DNA of 64,000 bases, taken from Candidatus Wolfebacteria bacterium GW2011_GWE2_44_13. Lineage in GTDB: Bacteria; Patescibacteriota; Minisyncoccia; UBA6257; UBA9933. Position numbers and translations under genes: made by a program. The first letter of the stretch is position 1. Every line of letters begins with the position of its first letter. The stretch is taken from positions 218,294 to 282,293 of the forward strand of contig LCHW01000001.1 of NCBI GenBank assembly GCA_001000675.1, given 5' to 3'. Shown piece after piece: positions 18,382 to 27,241 of this stretch. Under the pieces are notes generated by a model. The model ran no database searches. It worked only from the letters and a program-made list of their open reading frames with translations, and was not told where the DNA came from.

Positions 18382-18514
18382 AAATGGCTTTATATAGTAT
18401 TACTAGGTTATTTATCTATACAGTAATCCTTGATTTATCGTTTGTCAATATATTATTATTGTTATCCTTTGCTATTAAGCAACGAAACAGCCTTTATGGT
18501 ATCCTTATTTTATT

Positions 18515-19108
18515 ATGAAAAAAGAAGTATCTATTTTTCTTACCATCGCGGTAGTCGCTGTTATTGGCTATGGTATTGTGCAACTGTTGCCCGATAAAAC
18601 AGATGAGGGTGTGGTTAAAAAACAAGATATGTATGGCAACGCCGAACTTGGCTTTTCGTTTGTGTATCCGACTGGAGCGAACGGGTATGTATTAGAAGAA
18701 CGTGATCCATTAGACATTGAAGATATTGTTGTGCGGACGGTTACACTTATGCGCAGTGAAGATTATGCGAATATAAAAAATATACCTATCGGCAGTGAAG
18801 GACCACCTGTGATTAGTGTAATGGTTGTTAAAAATGATAAAAAACAACCACTCCGAACGTGGGCTGAGTCGGCTATAGCATTTAGTAATATTCATCTCAA
18901 AACTACTGACGTTGTTGAAACGACCATTGATGGGGTACAGGCGATTCGTTATATGGCTGACGGACTATATGCGTCGGATACTGTCGTAGTTATACATGGA
19001 GAATATACCTATGTTTTTACCGGACAATTTTTAGATGCACAATCGGACCTTCGAAACGATTTCCAACCATTACTTGATTCTGTGCGCTTTGTTCCAAAAA
19101 CAAATTAA
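18515..19108 (+). CDS. hypothetical secreted/membrane-anchored protein
   Basis: N-terminal TM/signal. No family was recognised. Confidence 0.4.
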   Translation: MKKEVSIFLTIAVVAVIGYGIVQLLPDKTDEGVVKKQDMYGNAELGFSFVYPTGANGYVLEERDPLDIEDIVVRTVTLMRSEDYANIKNIPIGSEGPPVISVMVVKNDKKQPLRTWAESAIAFSNIHLKTTDVVETTIDGVQAIRYMADGLYASDTVVVIHGEYTYVFTGQFLDAQSDLRNDFQPLLDSVRFVPKTN

Positions 19109-19120
19109 TTATTTACAACC

Positions 19121-19567
19121 ATGCCTGAAATAACATTTCAAAAAGCGACGATTGAGGATATTGATGCCTTTATCGCGATTGAACAAAAATCTGCACATTC
19201 GTATATGTATTCAAATTGTGCGGATAGGGAAGATGCCGAGGATGAGCTTAAAAATTGCGAGGTGTATTTTATTAAAAAAGATGGTGTGATTGTGGGGAGT
19301 ACAGAATACCAGATCAAAGAGCCCGGACATGCGTACATGAGCGGACTTGTTATCGACCCAGCTTTTCAAGGACAGGGCATTGCGAGAAAGGCGATCGAGT
19401 TTAAGCTTGAACAACTAAAGGACATGAAGCGAATCGATTTAGTAACCCATCCACATAACAGTAAGGTGATATGCATGTACCTTTCGTATGGATTTATTAT
19501 TGAGGCGTGGAAAGATAATTATTATGGCGATGGGCAGCCGAGGCTTGTGCTGGCGCTTAATCGATAA
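19121..19567 (+). CDS. GNAT family N-acetyltransferase
   Basis: Acetyl-CoA binding motif A (QGQGIARKA) within a GNAT-sized fold. Confidence 0.75.
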   Translation: MPEITFQKATIEDIDAFIAIEQKSAHSYMYSNCADREDAEDELKNCEVYFIKKDGVIVGSTEYQIKEPGHAYMSGLVIDPAFQGQGIARKAIEFKLEQLKDMKRIDLVTHPHNSKVICMYLSYGFIIEAWKDNYYGDGQPRLVLALNR

Positions 19568-19568
19568 T

Positions 19569-19597
19569 AAAAAAACCGTCTGAAACGGTTTTTTTAT
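19569..19597. terminator. Bidirectional intrinsic terminator
   Basis: A7-ACCGT-ctgaa-ACGGT-T7. Confidence 0.65.
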
Positions 19598-20052
19598 TAT
19601 GCGATTTTTAGTATTTCAAATTCGCGTTCTTTTGTGCCGACCATTCCTTTTGCGCGTTGTCCCACTGCCTTATTAAGAAAAAGTGCCCCTAGTGGAGATG
19701 CGTATGAAAGGGTCTGTTCTGTAAAGGTGATATGACTTCCGATGCGAAATGTTTTTTCTTCGCCTGTTTCGCTATCGCGTGCGGTAACGGTATGGCCGAT
19801 TGCTACGGCGGCGTTTGTTTTGGGGATAGCGATTATCGTGGCATTTCTGCGAATATGCTCAAGGTCTTGCAAGCGTTGCTCCAATAATCGTGCCTGTTGC
19901 TGGGCATTTTCAAAAGGGAAGTTATCGTGCCATGTTTCAGAAGATTGCGTTACGGCATTGCGCAATTCTGCTCCCGTTTCCTGTAATTTCACAATGGTTT
20001 CTTCGATATATGACTCAAGTATTTTTAGATCGTCTTCGAGAAAATAAGGCAT
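19597..20052 (-). CDS. greA: transcription elongation factor GreA
   Basis: N-terminal coiled coil (LT..G...L..EL) and a C-terminal FKBP-like domain. Start at the Met at 20052 (MPYFLEDD). The longer ORF-track start at 20124 would include leader repeats. Confidence 0.8.
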   Translation of the reverse strand: MPYFLEDDLKILESYIEETIVKLQETGAELRNAVTQSSETWHDNFPFENAQQQARLLEQRLQDLEHIRRNATIIAIPKTNAAVAIGHTVTARDSETGEEKTFRIGSHITFTEQTLSYASPLGALFLNKAVGQRAKGMVGTKEREFEILKIA

Positions 20053-20055
20053 ACC

Positions 20056-20169
20056 TTTATATAACGAAGTATGGTCTATAAAGTTACGCTTCGTCGGTGC
20101 TATTGATACGGAAATGAAATACATTTATACAACGAAGTATGACCTATGAAGTCACGCTTCGTCGGTGCC
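20056..20169 (-). repeat. Two tandem ~45-bp imperfect direct repeats, each a stem-loop (ACGAAG...CTTCGT), in the greA 5' leader
   Basis: Copies at 20056-20100 and 20125-20169 share about 40 of 45 positions. A third hairpin CGTCGGTG-N19-CACCGACG follows at 20159-20193. Confidence 0.5.
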
Positions 20170-20264
20170 GTGGAAAATAAAACGTCACCGACGCTCTGGC
20201 ACGTTGCACGCTCTTCCGCTCTCCGTATAAACGAATGGAGAGCGTTTCGCTAGCAACGCCCAAT

Positions 20265-20291
20265 TAAAAAAGGGGCAGCCGAAGCTGCCCC
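20265..20291 (-). terminator. Intrinsic terminator for the minus-strand 3D-domain gene
   Basis: GGGGCAGC-cgaa-GCTGCCCC. On the minus strand it is followed by a U-run. Confidence 0.6.
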
Positions 20292-20317
20292 ATTACGGTG
20301 CGTGGGGTCCCGTCCCA

Positions 20318-20758
20318 CTAAATCTTGTACATGACAATAGTCTTGTCGCTGCCTCGTCCCCAAGACTCCGCAGCTATTCGTCCAGCATCGCTTTCTCCGA
20401 CAAAAAAGTCAAAGCGGTGTCGGTTCTTGATTGCGCCTCCCTTGTCTTCGACCGTCCAAATGCCGAAGGATTTACCGTCTATGAAGACTCGGAACTTCGT
20501 GCCTACCGGATGGTAGGTTAAGTCGGCCGCGAGGTACCCAATGCGCGCCCGTTTCCCCGAATAGGTGATACCCGTTCCGTTGAGGTGGATATCACCTTGA
20601 TAAGAACCCGTCACATACCTCCGCTGCCCCTTTACGGGCTTATAATATGCGGTTGTGTCTGCGACAATGGGCTGTGGGGAATGTGCTGCCGTTGCGGTGC
20701 TTGTCGTATCTGTATAGCAAAATATTGCCAACAGTAGTACGACAATGTAAATCTTCAT
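20318..20758 (-). CDS. 3D-domain protein (MltA/YocH C-terminal-like, cell-wall associated)
   Basis: Signal peptide. 3D-domain signature (TYSGKRARIGYLAADLTYHPVGTKF...VEDKGGAIKNRHRFDFFV) with the three conserved Asp. Confidence 0.6.
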   Translation of the reverse strand: MKIYIVVLLLAIFCYTDTTSTATAAHSPQPIVADTTAYYKPVKGQRRYVTGSYQGDIHLNGTGITYSGKRARIGYLAADLTYHPVGTKFRVFIDGKSFGIWTVEDKGGAIKNRHRFDFFVGESDAGRIAAESWGRGSDKTIVMYKI

Positions 20759-20866
20759 TTCGTTGACCTCTCTTTCCGTGTGTAGTTGTAAAGGTGCTTA
20801 TATGAAAACAAAAACGGCTCTTGGGGAGCTGTTTTCGTTATTGAATCTACTATAGCAGGGAACGTA

Positions 20867-21796
20867 TTAATTGTCAACTTTCTTGATTGAAAGGTGTAAA
20901 TGCATTGGCTTTTTCCCCTCTATCTGGATTCGTTTGATGATAAGGGTGTTTTCCATTGAAACGTCCGCTTCGAGGATTTTGACCCGTTTTTCTTGCCCAA
21001 AGTGCATGTTGCAGAACGATGATGCTATGGTCCACGTCCCTGGCTCTGGATTAAGGGCACGAATCTTGCGTTCAATCTTGAGTGCAATATCACCTCCTTC
21101 TGTCCTTGCCCGCTCTATGTCGTGGATGTCGATAAACGCATCTTCAACGGTGTACTTTTTCGTGAGCGTTGCTTTTTCATGGTCTTGTTCCTTTGGCGTT
21201 ATTTTTCCTGCCACAAAGTCGGGGAGTACCGCAGCTAAGAGTTCGCCACCAATTTCGGAAAGCTTCTTTTCGAGTTGGATATAATTCATTGTCCCGATTT
21301 GCACTGTTTCTTGTGCAACGATTGGACCGTGATCCATTTTTTCATCTATCATAAACAAAGATACTCCGGTAATATCGACTCCATCGATGAGTGTAGTTTG
21401 TAGCGGAGATGCACCTCGATATATAGGAAGGAGTGATGGATGGATACCAATCGTGCCATGTTTTGGAATATCAAGAATGTTTTTCTTGAGTAATTTTCCA
21501 TAAGCGGCTACTACAAAAACATCGGCATCAAATGCCTTTAGTTGTTCTGCGAATGCGTCGTCGAGTACCTCTGGTTGTAAGAGTGGAATGTTAAGGGTTG
21601 GGTCTTGGAGCTGGTGTTCCAATACAAAAAGCTTTATTGCCGGAGGGGTGATAACTTTTTTACGCCCCACGGGTCTATCGGGGTTACATACGATTGCTGC
21701 GGGAATGATGCCGCGGTTGAGGAGTTTTTCGAGTGCATCGGCTGCAAATCCTGGAGTTCCGAAAAATATAAATGTAGGCTGGGAGGCGTTTTCCAT
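20867..21796 (-). CDS. fmt: methionyl-tRNA formyltransferase
   Basis: Formyl_trans_N motifs (IFFGTP, HPSLLPIYRGASPLQ) and a C-terminal Fmt domain. Confidence 0.85.
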   Translation of the reverse strand: MENASQPTFIFFGTPGFAADALEKLLNRGIIPAAIVCNPDRPVGRKKVITPPAIKLFVLEHQLQDPTLNIPLLQPEVLDDAFAEQLKAFDADVFVVAAYGKLLKKNILDIPKHGTIGIHPSLLPIYRGASPLQTTLIDGVDITGVSLFMIDEKMDHGPIVAQETVQIGTMNYIQLEKKLSEIGGELLAAVLPDFVAGKITPKEQDHEKATLTKKYTVEDAFIDIHDIERARTEGGDIALKIERKIRALNPEPGTWTIASSFCNMHFGQEKRVKILEADVSMENTLIIKRIQIEGKKPMHLHLSIKKVDN

Positions 21797-21838
21797 GTAT
21801 GGCGTTCTTTTCTGTTAATTGTATGGTATCATTATACC

Positions 21839-22276
21839 ATGAAATTTTTCATAGCGTCACCGTGGAAAAATAAGGAGCAGGTAGAGGAGCTTACCCAGGA
21901 ATTGGAGCAATTAGGGCACACTGCATATTCTTATGTGCAGAGCGGATCTAACCTGTTAACAGGAAAGCCTATTGAGGATGAAATGAAGGAATTTAGTCAG
22001 GCATTAACCAATTGGAAGATCGATGATCGCATTGGAAAAATTGCACAGTCTGAAATTCAGGCATTGCGAGAATCTGATATTGTTATTCTGCTCCTCCCTG
22101 CGGGAGATTCCTCGCACATGGAAGCGGGTATCGGATATGGAATGGGAAAGCGAATGGTGTTAATCGGACCAGTTGAAAAACCAGAAATCATCTATACATT
22201 GTTTAATCATGTGTATCTTGATATCAGTTCATTCTTGAAAGCATTTTCATTTGTTGAGCATAAAGATACTGCATAA
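21839..22276 (+). CDS. nucleoside 2-deoxyribosyltransferase-like protein
   Basis: Flavodoxin-like pattern of the NDT superfamily (ASPW...DIVILLLPAGDSSHMEAGIGYGMGKRMVLI). Start at the ATG at 21839. The longer ORF-track start overlaps fmt antisense. Confidence 0.45.
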   Translation: MKFFIASPWKNKEQVEELTQELEQLGHTAYSYVQSGSNLLTGKPIEDEMKEFSQALTNWKIDDRIGKIAQSEIQALRESDIVILLLPAGDSSHMEAGIGYGMGKRMVLIGPVEKPEIIYTLFNHVYLDISSFLKAFSFVEHKDTA

Positions 22277-22306
22277 AAATACCGCCCCATTGGGCGGTAT
22301 TTTTAT
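22277..22306. terminator. Bidirectional intrinsic terminator inside a 19-bp inverted repeat
   Basis: CTGCATAAAAATACCGCCC-catt-GGGCGGTATTTTTATGCAG. Confidence 0.65.
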
Positions 22307-22830
22307 GCAGTATCTTCTGTGTCAGATTCAACTGTTCCTTCGTGTAGGTTCTGTGCCTTGTCGATAAATACAATTCCGTTGAGATGATCAACTTCGTGTT
22401 GGAACACGCGTGCAATTAATCCAGTCGCGCGTATGGTTACGGCACGTTGGTGTTTATCAAATCCGGTAAGTACGATTTCTTTTGGACGGGTTACTGTGCC
22501 ATACGTATTAGGAACGCTGAGGCAGCCTTCCTCCATGGTAAACTGTTCTTTTGAAGGGCGTTCAATTTTTGGATTGAATATAGCATACCACTTTGGGCGG
22601 CCGTTTCTTTGTGGGATTCCTGCGACAAATAATTGCATGTCGAGCCCTACTTGGTTTGCGCTAAGCCCAACGCCATTTGCACGACGCATAATTGAGCGCA
22701 TGGTATTTACCAGTTCGCGAACTTCCTTCTCTGTATATTTTGAGAAATCAAAATTAGCCGGTCGTTTCCTGAGAAACTTTTCCTCCGACTTGTTGCTTAT
22801 CGTCCAAATTTGCTGATCGCTCGTTATCAT
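22303..22830 (-). CDS. def: peptide deformylase
   Basis: Motifs GVGLSANQVG, EGCLSVP and HEVDHLNG. Confidence 0.85.
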   Translation of the reverse strand: MITSDQQIWTISNKSEEKFLRKRPANFDFSKYTEKEVRELVNTMRSIMRRANGVGLSANQVGLDMQLFVAGIPQRNGRPKWYAIFNPKIERPSKEQFTMEEGCLSVPNTYGTVTRPKEIVLTGFDKHQRAVTIRATGLIARVFQHEVDHLNGIVFIDKAQNLHEGTVESDTEDTA

Positions 22831-23170
22831 GTTCCTTTTTTATAGGTGGTACCTTTTCTTTGCGTGGTTTCTTTTCTGTCGGTGCTTTTACTCCTTTTGG
22901 TGCTTTGGGTAGGGGGTAGCGCTCGTGCAATACCTTCATAAAATATGCACCTTTGTTCGCTATGCCCTTGCGGTCAGCCGTGTCTTTGGCAATCGACATC
23001 AAAATTGATTCGTCGTGCTGTTTCGCTAGCTTTATATAGAGCGCCTTATGCTTGGCATCTCCGAGTATCTGAGCAAGCTGGAGTCCGATATCTTGAAATT
23101 GCTTATATACATGGGATTTCTTACCCCGTGCCTTTAGTGTTTCTAGATAGTCTTTTGCGAACATTGACAA
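22754..23170 (-). CDS. hypothetical protein with a Lys-rich C-terminal tail, overlapping the def start by 77 nt
   Basis: 138-aa ORF. The N-terminal 90 aa look globular and the C-terminal part is low-complexity basic. The overlap with def makes its 3' end questionable. Confidence 0.3.
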   Translation of the reverse strand: MSMFAKDYLETLKARGKKSHVYKQFQDIGLQLAQILGDAKHKALYIKLAKQHDESILMSIAKDTADRKGIANKGAYFMKVLHERYPLPKAPKGVKAPTEKKPRKEKVPPIKKEHDNERSANLDDKQQVGGKVSQETTG

Positions 23171-23221
23171 TAGTATACATTTGTTCTCTAAATTTGTCTA
23201 GGGGCTGTACGGGTAAAATAT

Positions 23222-23285
23222 GTCATTCCCGCGGAGGCGGGAATCCACGGTATTTCATAGATTCCCGCCTCCGCGGGAATGACAA
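23222..23285. repeat. Inverted pair of the small palindromic repeat unit (copies 3a and 3b)
   Basis: gtcattcccgcggaggcgggaatcca, 13 nt, then attcccgcctccgcgggaatgacaa. The pair can form a 25-bp hairpin. Confidence 0.65.
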
Positions 23286-23337
23286 GGCAGGAGAGGCTAT
23301 TAGAAATCTACAAATAGAAATTGTATACTAAATATAC

Positions 23338-23754
23338 ATGTGGATTGTCTACGCACTACTATCAGCTATTGCAGCGGCGTTTGTCGCTATTTTTGCAAAG
23401 CTTGGATTAAAACAAATTGATACTGTTCTTGCGACGACCGTGCGCTCGATTATTATGGCCGCGTTTCTTGTCGGTGTGAGCTTGTGGTTACGAAAGTTTG
23501 ATGGATTTACGCCTACTTCATGGACAGGGCGTGAGTGGGGATTAATTGTTCTTGCGGGCATTAGCGGTGCAATATCATGGATATTTTATTTTATGGCATT
23601 GCGATCTGCTGATGCATCACGCGTTGCAGCAATTGATCGTACGAGCTTGGTATTTGTTGCATTGCTTGCCGTTGTTATTCTTGGTGAACATTTAACTACC
23701 AAAGCAATTTTAGGAATTGTCTGTATGGTTGTCGGTGCAATTTTGATAATATAA
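23338..23754 (+). CDS. EamA-like (DMT superfamily) small membrane transporter
   Basis: Four TM helices, EamA-domain-like and 138 aa. Confidence 0.55.
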   Translation: MWIVYALLSAIAAAFVAIFAKLGLKQIDTVLATTVRSIIMAAFLVGVSLWLRKFDGFTPTSWTGREWGLIVLAGISGAISWIFYFMALRSADASRVAAIDRTSLVFVALLAVVILGEHLTTKAILGIVCMVVGAILII

Positions 23755-23757
23755 AAA

Positions 23758-23790
23758 AGAGCGGCCCCGAGAAGGGGCCGCTTTTGGTTT
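23758..23790. terminator. Bidirectional intrinsic terminator
   Basis: AGCGGCCCC-gagaa-GGGGCCGCT-TTT. Confidence 0.65.
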
Positions 23791-23805
23791 ATGCGTGGCG
23801 AGGGG

Positions 23806-24222
23806 CTAGTCGCCGGAGTCGTCATCGTTCCATTCGTAGGCCTCCTGAATGGCTTTGTGTAGCGGAGGGAGGTCGAGAATGCGTTTGTCCGTCATGTCCA
23901 CTTCCTCGTATGTTCGAAGTATTCCGTCTTGTTCTTCGGGCTGAAATAAATCGAGCAGCTCTTGTTTGCGGGTATGCCGATAGGGCGAAAACCCTACAAA
24001 CGCTGCCATGATGATCCACTTACTTTCGAAATCATCATGGCAATCGCACTGCTTGATCAATTCCAGGAGTTTTGTTGCAGACGCTTCGGTTCCGACAAGC
24101 GCGATCCATACTGCGGCCGCTGTTGCCGTCGCCTCATCGGTTGCTTCGCTAAAGATCTGCTCGAGTAGCGCCATGCGACTCTCGAGTGCGCGTGCCACGG
24201 CTTGCTCAATTTGAATGTTCAC
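23806..24222 (-). CDS. hypothetical acidic protein
   Basis: ORF with an acidic C-terminus. No family was recognised. Confidence 0.4.
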   Translation of the reverse strand: MNIQIEQAVARALESRMALLEQIFSEATDEATATAAAVWIALVGTEASATKLLELIKQCDCHDDFESKWIIMAAFVGFSPYRHTRKQELLDLFQPEEQDGILRTYEEVDMTDKRILDLPPLHKAIQEAYEWNDDDSGD

Positions 24223-24300
24223 AATCTGGACTCCTTTCGTTCTGGGGTTAATGGATAATAGCTAGCTTCTTTATATAATACTTTTTTATAGGTGTCAAAA

Positions 24301-24330
24301 AAATAACCGCCCGAAGGCGGTTATTTTTGA
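24301..24330 (-). terminator. Intrinsic terminator of the glycosyltransferase gene
   Basis: ATAACCGCC-cgaa-GGCGGTTAT flanked by A and T runs. Confidence 0.6.
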
Positions 24331-26064
24331 TTAGTCTATGATCACTACATGTGCTTGGGGAGGGGTGCTTTTTTCTTGCTCGGAAAGAACGTAGAAAATG
24401 TTTTTTGCGCGCTGCTTTTCTGGAGTAAACGAATCGGTTATAAACATAACCGTCTGCGTTGACATTGGTAGTCCGCGCACGTCTGTTCCTCCCGCCCGGA
24501 CGAACACATACTTAGGGGTTTCGATAGGAAGTTCGTTGAGCTCGTGTCCAATGTCGACATACTTTTGTGTAAATGCACCGAAGGTGTTTGGATCCTTTGC
24601 CCATTTATGAAAATAGATGAAATATGCTTCTGTAGGAAGGAGTACGAAGAGAATGACTGTAAATATTGTGACAAGTATCTCTTTTACATGTGACCACGTT
24701 GATTCAGGGTCAGCTCCTTTTGCAAACGCTACTAATTTTTCGTAGATCCAAATGCCTCCCGCGCCCGCAAGAATAAATACGGGAGGAATCATAAGAATGG
24801 CGCGTAGTGCATGTGGAATGCCTTCGTTTGAAATGACAACTGGAAGCATTGCTACTAATAGCCATGCAAGCGGGATGAGTCTTGAAAGCGGGGATGGACG
24901 TTCGACAGAAGAAGGAGGCGTCGTGGCATCTATTGGCGTATCTTCATTGAACGCCGTTCCTTTAAATAAATTAAGGAAGAACATCCACGCAACATACACT
25001 GCGGCAATAAATCCGCACAGGAACATGATACCTACTGGCCAGAACAATTCTGCGCGTCCTGCAAGGTTATGGCGCCAGTTCATATCTCCTTGTACATAGA
25101 ACATGCCAATGGTTTTCCCGACGTTCAGCACGAGTTCAACAATAGGATGCTCCATACTGAATATGGAAATCTGGCTCGTGCGACCAAGAAAATCTTCTGG
25201 AGTTGCGATAAAGTGCCACGCAAGGGGAAGTACTGCAAACAGTGCGCATACAACAAAGATGGTAAATGCACGGAGCAGTTCTTTGCGCGCGTCTTTCATA
25301 GCGATATACCAATACATAAACATGGCGACTGGTATGAGTGGCATGATGCGATAGGCAATATAACTATTGAATCCAAGCCCAAATATAAACCCAGCTGCAC
25401 CGGTGAATAACAACGTATAAAGATTCAACCCCCAATAGGTTTTTTCTTTTGGCATAGCAAAAACAGAGGGAGCTCCTAGCTCGAGCTTAACGGTGGTTGC
25501 TTGTTGGCGTGTCTTGAATTCGTCGAGCTTGCGCGCAATCATGAGCGTAAGATACGTGCCCCATGTCATAAAGAAGGGAGCCATGATTGCACGAAATCCG
25601 ATACGTGAAAAGTTGATATGCCAAAAGGATGTTGCAATAAGAAATGCGGCAAGAAGCGCAATCTTTTCGTGGCGCTGCAACGTTGTTTCAAATCCGTCTT
25701 CCTTGTGTGTCTTTCTTGCAGGGAGAAAGAGCTCTCGCGCGAGAAAATATACTCCAAGAACCGTAAAAATTCCAAAGAGTGCGCTTACTCCGCGGAGTGC
25801 TCCAGGTACATTACCAAACAGCGCAATTGAAATCGCTTGAATATTGATAAAGAATCCCTCGCGCCCATTATTCTCAGGATAAAATGTTTTGAATTGTCCT
25901 GTGGATAATGCTTCAAGTGCATTGTTGCCATTCATTGCCTCGTCGGGATAGAGCCCTGGAGGTGTTCCGTTAATATTGTAGAGCCTTAGGAAAGAGGCTA
26001 TAATAATAATACTGAATAGGAGTAATGCAGCTAACCGTTTTGGATTTGTAAATAAGGTTGCCAT
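24331..26064 (-). CDS. glycosyltransferase family 39/83 (PMT/ArnT-like) integral membrane protein
   Basis: At least 10 TM helices. The first extracytoplasmic loop carries a DE motif (LYPDEAMNG). The architecture resembles PMT/ArnT. Confidence 0.55.
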   Translation of the reverse strand: MATLFTNPKRLAALLLFSIIIIASFLRLYNINGTPPGLYPDEAMNGNNALEALSTGQFKTFYPENNGREGFFINIQAISIALFGNVPGALRGVSALFGIFTVLGVYFLARELFLPARKTHKEDGFETTLQRHEKIALLAAFLIATSFWHINFSRIGFRAIMAPFFMTWGTYLTLMIARKLDEFKTRQQATTVKLELGAPSVFAMPKEKTYWGLNLYTLLFTGAAGFIFGLGFNSYIAYRIMPLIPVAMFMYWYIAMKDARKELLRAFTIFVVCALFAVLPLAWHFIATPEDFLGRTSQISIFSMEHPIVELVLNVGKTIGMFYVQGDMNWRHNLAGRAELFWPVGIMFLCGFIAAVYVAWMFFLNLFKGTAFNEDTPIDATTPPSSVERPSPLSRLIPLAWLLVAMLPVVISNEGIPHALRAILMIPPVFILAGAGGIWIYEKLVAFAKGADPESTWSHVKEILVTIFTVILFVLLPTEAYFIYFHKWAKDPNTFGAFTQKYVDIGHELNELPIETPKYVFVRAGGTDVRGLPMSTQTVMFITDSFTPEKQRAKNIFYVLSEQEKSTPPQAHVVIID

Positions 26065-26222
26065 ACTTCAGGTGAGTAGATGTAATTAATGAACTGCTTG
26101 ATGATGAGTTTAGTAATACTCACGTTTGCATTACATGTAATTGCGCGTACTCTTATGAATAGTTAGGTTGTTACATATAAGTATATAGGAAGTCATCGTT
26201 TTTTAACATAACACAATTTCTT

Positions 26223-26660
26223 ATGGCAGAAGAAACAACAAACCAAGTTTTAATTTCTCCGGAAAACACAGTTGCAAAAATGCATCCGCATCCTTTTGCA
26301 TATATTACCTATTACCTTGGAGGATTATTTATATTCCTTGTTTCTTATTGGTATGGATATTTGTATACGGCGGTGGGATTGCTCGTAATGATTGTGAGTG
26401 AGCTGCTTCGTCGTGCCGATACATTTTATATTTTAAATGAAGGTGTTGCGCGCAACTTTTCTCTTTTCTCGACGCGCCATATTTTTACGGGATACGATAA
26501 CATTCGTACGGTAACAGTATCACAAGGCCCCATTAATCGTATATTAGGAGTTGGCGATATCACGCTCATCACCTCTGGGCTTGAGGAGGGGACGATTCAA
26601 TTTACTGGGGTTAAGAAACCAGCTGAAGTAGCTAAGCTCATTCAAGACCGTCTTGTATAA
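26223..26660 (+). CDS. bacterial PH-domain (bPH_2/YdbT-like) membrane protein
   Basis: Two TM helices followed by a bPH-like C-terminal domain (GDITLITSG...QF). Confidence 0.45.
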   Translation: MAEETTNQVLISPENTVAKMHPHPFAYITYYLGGLFIFLVSYWYGYLYTAVGLLVMIVSELLRRADTFYILNEGVARNFSLFSTRHIFTGYDNIRTVTVSQGPINRILGVGDITLITSGLEEGTIQFTGVKKPAEVAKLIQDRLV

Positions 26661-26677
26661 CGCACACTGTACTATTT

Positions 26678-27091
26678 ATGGATAATCAGAATTTTGAAGC
26701 AGCAACACCAGAGACAAGCCAAATCGAATCGGATCTTAATCGTGTCAAGCAAGCTGTGCATGAACAAACAGGAGGAAGTGCAACGCCCGAAGTAACGGAG
26801 CGCGCGTTGGTGCGTCAGTCGTTGCAACCCATGGTTAATATAGCTAGTACTCCTGCTCCGACGCAGCAGACGCACGCGGCAGCGGATGACGCGATGCTCC
26901 CTGAATATCTAAAGGATGCTTCACCGGAAATAAAAGATCGTGTTGAGCGGCTTGTTGAAGATGCTTTTGCAAATGGCGTTGAGCACGCTGCTATTGCTGC
27001 GCAAGCATTTGGACCGTTTGTTGTAGATGCATTGCATGATGCGCTTTCGGATCGATTTTATGAGGAGTTGCAAAAACGAAAATTCGTCTAA
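26678..27091 (+). CDS. hypothetical protein
   Basis: ORF only. No motifs were recognised. Confidence 0.4.
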   Translation: MDNQNFEAATPETSQIESDLNRVKQAVHEQTGGSATPEVTERALVRQSLQPMVNIASTPAPTQQTHAAADDAMLPEYLKDASPEIKDRVERLVEDAFANGVEHAAIAAQAFGPFVVDALHDALSDRFYEELQKRKFV

Positions 27092-27122
27092 TATGCAACA
27101 CATGACACTGGCCGACTACTGT

Positions 27123-27203
27123 GTTGTGGGTCCCCATTACCTCAGTCGAAGCACTACTGTGCATCTTCCTCGCTAATGCTCCCACGCCTTGTATTCGACT
27201 CAG
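27123..27203 (+). promoter_or_regulatory. Conserved 5' element E1, upstream of the VirD4/TraD-like ATPase gene
   Basis: About 92% identical to 33418-33498. Both copies end exactly 39 bp before their downstream ATG. A terminal stem GTGGG/CCCAC can form. Confidence 0.55.
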
Positions 27204-27241
27204 TCTCATGTGTTGTATAGGTTTGTTAGTATCTTATTTAT

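Noticed and set aside
20056-20169. Possible CRISPR array (direct repeats)
   Set aside because: Only two imperfect copies exist, with a 69-bp period, and no cas genes are nearby. The repeats contain internal hairpins typical of a leader, not CRISPR repeats.
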